Shown: piece after piece, positions 38,334 to 40,754 of the stretch | Layout: each line of letters begins with the position of its first letter | How positions within the stretch are numbered: the first letter of the stretch is position 1 | NCBI GenBank assembly: GCA_943704425.1 | Contig: CALSCP010001728.1 | Span: 1 to 40,754, forward strand | Source of the DNA: Ministeria vibrans ATCC 50519 | Lineage: Eukaryota; Protista; Filasterea | DNA length: 40,754 nt | Direction of reading: 5' to 3' | The notes under the pieces: generated by a model | Database searches by the model: none | What the model saw: the letters and a program-made list of their open reading frames with translations, nothing else | What the model was told of the DNA's origin: nothing | Made by a program: the position numbers and the translations under genes

Positions 38334-40643
38334 CTATAGTGTATTGAGAGAGCGGAAGCGGAACATGCGCGAGGCGCCATTGGCAGGGACAAGGGCAGTA
38401 AAGCCAAGCGCCGTGTCGATGGACGCAATGTCACGGTGAAGCCATAGATCACGCGCGATGAGAGAGATGGAGTGGGGCGCAGGTGGGCCCGTGAGGCACA
38501 GTCCCGAGAGAACGTTGCGTACGAGAGAGAAACGTGGATCGTGTGGGAGGGGCTCGATGTGCCACTGCTGGTTGGCGCCCCCATTGCACGGGAAGGCGTC
38601 GACGCGCCCAGTGGCAGTCAAGTGGTACTGGTCGAGGCAGAGCGCGGGATCAAGGCCAGAGCGCAGCTCGTGTGCTGCCGTGCGTATCCATTGCTGGTTG
38701 CGCCCACCACACTCGCCCGATACCTCGGCGTCGCAGTGAAACAGCGCAACAGTGCTGTTGGGCTGCGTCGCACACTCCCACAGATCCAGACATGACAACG
38801 ACGCCCGCTGGATGAACGAACCGTTTGCTCTGCAACAGAGAAAATGAGGTACTGCAGAAGTATTGCATACATGCATGGCATCAGAATGGGAGCACGTACG
38901 CGTGGTGCCAGTGCTGCGTTGTGTGCGTTGCATTGCACGGCCCCAACGCCGCCGGATGAAGTGGCTCGGATGCCGAGTGGAGACGACGGAAGGGCATCTG
39001 CGCAAAGCAGAGCGCATCGCACGTGACATCTGAGCCATGCAAGAAGAAAAAAAAGAAAAAAAAGAGAGAGAGAGAGAGAGACTGAGAGCTGAGAGGGGTG
39101 GCGAGTGAATAGGAACGAGCGACAGTCAGATGGGACCGCGACGTACTCATGGGCGTCGGTTCGTTGTTGACAAAGACGGCTGCCCAGTCGGTGTTTGCAA
39201 GGGGCCGCGCCCACACGTTCACGCCGCTGGTTGCCGTTAGGTTAGTGCCTACCACACGGAACCCCTGCCGTCCAAGAGCGTCCTGGTTCACCGCAATTGC
39301 CTACACAGTCATTTTGTAACAAGGGCTAAGCAATAGGTGACCCTGCCAGGGTCTCTCTGCCTCTGTGGAGTCTCTGTGGAGTCTCTGTCTCTCCTCTGTC
39401 TCTGCATCTCTATATGACTTTGCCTCTCTTTTCTCACTTCTTCGTTCCCCCATGTTTTGAGGGCATACGCCGACACGACATTGATATTGGCACTGATAAG
39501 CAGTGGTGCGGCCATGACGCACCACATGGAAAACTGAGTGCGTGAGTTGACATCGTTCTGGTACCAGCTCTCGCGGTCCGGCCCGTACGATCCAACTCCC
39601 GTTCCAATCAGCAGGTCTGGGTCGTTCCAGCCACCGGGACCGGCATAGCGGCTTAGACGCGAGTTTACATTCATGCAGTTGACCAGTGCAGCGTAGTTGC
39701 GGCCGTCTCCTGCGATGCGCCACGAGTTGCCCAGCGACGGTCCGACCGGCGCGTACCACGAATGCCAACCGCACAGACTAAAGTACACGGTGCGTCCTGT
39801 CGCATTGAGCGCATCGCGCATCACCGCGTAGTCTTGAAAGGCCGTCGTGTGATCCTGCGAGCCACAACAGCTGTCCTCCTTCAAGTAATCCGCTCCAGAC
39901 GCTGCAAAGTACTCGGCATCTTGGCGTTCGAAGCCGTGCGAGCCGACCGCGTGATACTGAGAGGTGGAGCACTGACACGTCCCGCGACTCGTGTACAATC
40001 CGTAGCGCATATGCTCACCAGTCTCGGGGACAACTTGATTGTGGATCCAGTCGCCGAGTGCCTTCATGCCCGAGGGGAATTTGATGGAGTCACTGACAAT
40101 GCGTCCTGTGATGTTGTCCCGCCCCTTCAGCCAGCCCTCGTCGACACTGCGCAAGGGAAGAGAAGACGTTTGTTTTTAGTCTACCTTAGTGTGCACCACG
40201 CATATAGAAGCTCTTGTACTTGACATATATGTATCCCTGTGAGACGAGAGCGAGTGCGTAAAAGTGTGTGTTTGTTTATGTAGTGTGACCCAACCTTGGC
40301 CGCCAACCCCGTCGCAATGAGGGCGCGCGTGATGTTCTTGATCCGCTCTTCATTCACGGCAGACGAGCAGTCATTCCAGCTTGAGTATCCCATGGCAGGA
40401 GTGCGCCCTGAGTGCACAGGAGGGAGGTGGGTTGTTTGTTTGTTTGTTTCGTGCTGAAATGTAATTTTGTCTACTCTCCGTACCTACGCCGTTGTCCAAG
40501 GCAACGACACAACTGGCCACGACGAATACAATGGCAGCGGTCCACAGCATCAGATATAATCTGGAAAAGAAACTTGAAAAATCAAAAAAAAAAATTAATC
40601 ATTATTCATTCATCTTTTTTGCTTACATCTCAGAAGTTAACAT
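38334..40643 (-). CDS. Secreted GH27 alpha-galactosidase with a ricin-B domain inserted in the C-terminal beta-sandwich
   Basis: Signal peptide LWTAAIVFVVASCVVA, LDNGVGRTPAMGYSSWN, GYIYVNVDEGW, KFPSGMKALGDWIH, DYLKEDSC (nucleophile), SWRIAGD (acid/base), GPGGWNDPDLL, QFSMWCVMAAPLL, AIAVNQD; ricin repeats CLD..NQQW. Start either at 40643 (short upstream exon MLTSEI, GTAAGC donor) or at 40550. Confidence 0.92.
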
Positions 40644-40754
40644 GGGCGTTACTGACTCGTGGGTGTTCCGTCCGAACAAAGTTCCTGAATTACAAAAGTC
40701 TTTTGTAAGAATGAGCGACAACCAGAAAAAAAAAAAAAAAAGAAAAAGAAATCG

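Overview
Eukaryotic nuclear DNA from a compact, intron-rich genome. Introns are GT-AG and mostly 45-350 nt, intergenic gaps are about 80-550 bp, exons are GC-rich, and introns carry AT, GA/TC and CA microsatellites. The standard genetic code fits, with TAA, TAG and TGA all used as stops. The ORF track only shows exon fragments; by manual splicing I reconstruct about 16 genes plus one orphan exon. In order: M1 aminopeptidase (PSA-like, 5' end outside the window), ricin-B + GH3 beta-xylosidase, ataxin-10, cytosolic IleRS (5' part missing), MYST/KAT8 acetyltransferase (5' part missing), a Tudor-knot + DDT/WHIM chromatin protein, a 3-hydroxyacyl-CoA-dehydrogenase-like NAD-binding domain fused to a RING finger, a small orphan gene, prominin, an ankyrin protein, DNAJC12, DDX31/DBP7, a CYP39A1-like P450, a truncated UBE2J/Ubc6, a coiled-coil protein, an SH3-DH-PH RhoGEF and a GH27 alpha-galactosidase with an inserted ricin-B domain. 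Animal-like genes in a protist-like layout suggest a unicellular holozoan (inference). Most notable are the catalytically degenerate dehydrogenase-RING fusion (candidate metabolite-sensing E3 ligase), a prominin with a long tail bearing tyrosine motifs, a 4-nt microexon, and a dispersed intronic minisatellite. Two (TC)n tracts join incompatible gene fragments and are probably mis-assemblies. All homology calls come from motif recognition by eye; no database search was run.
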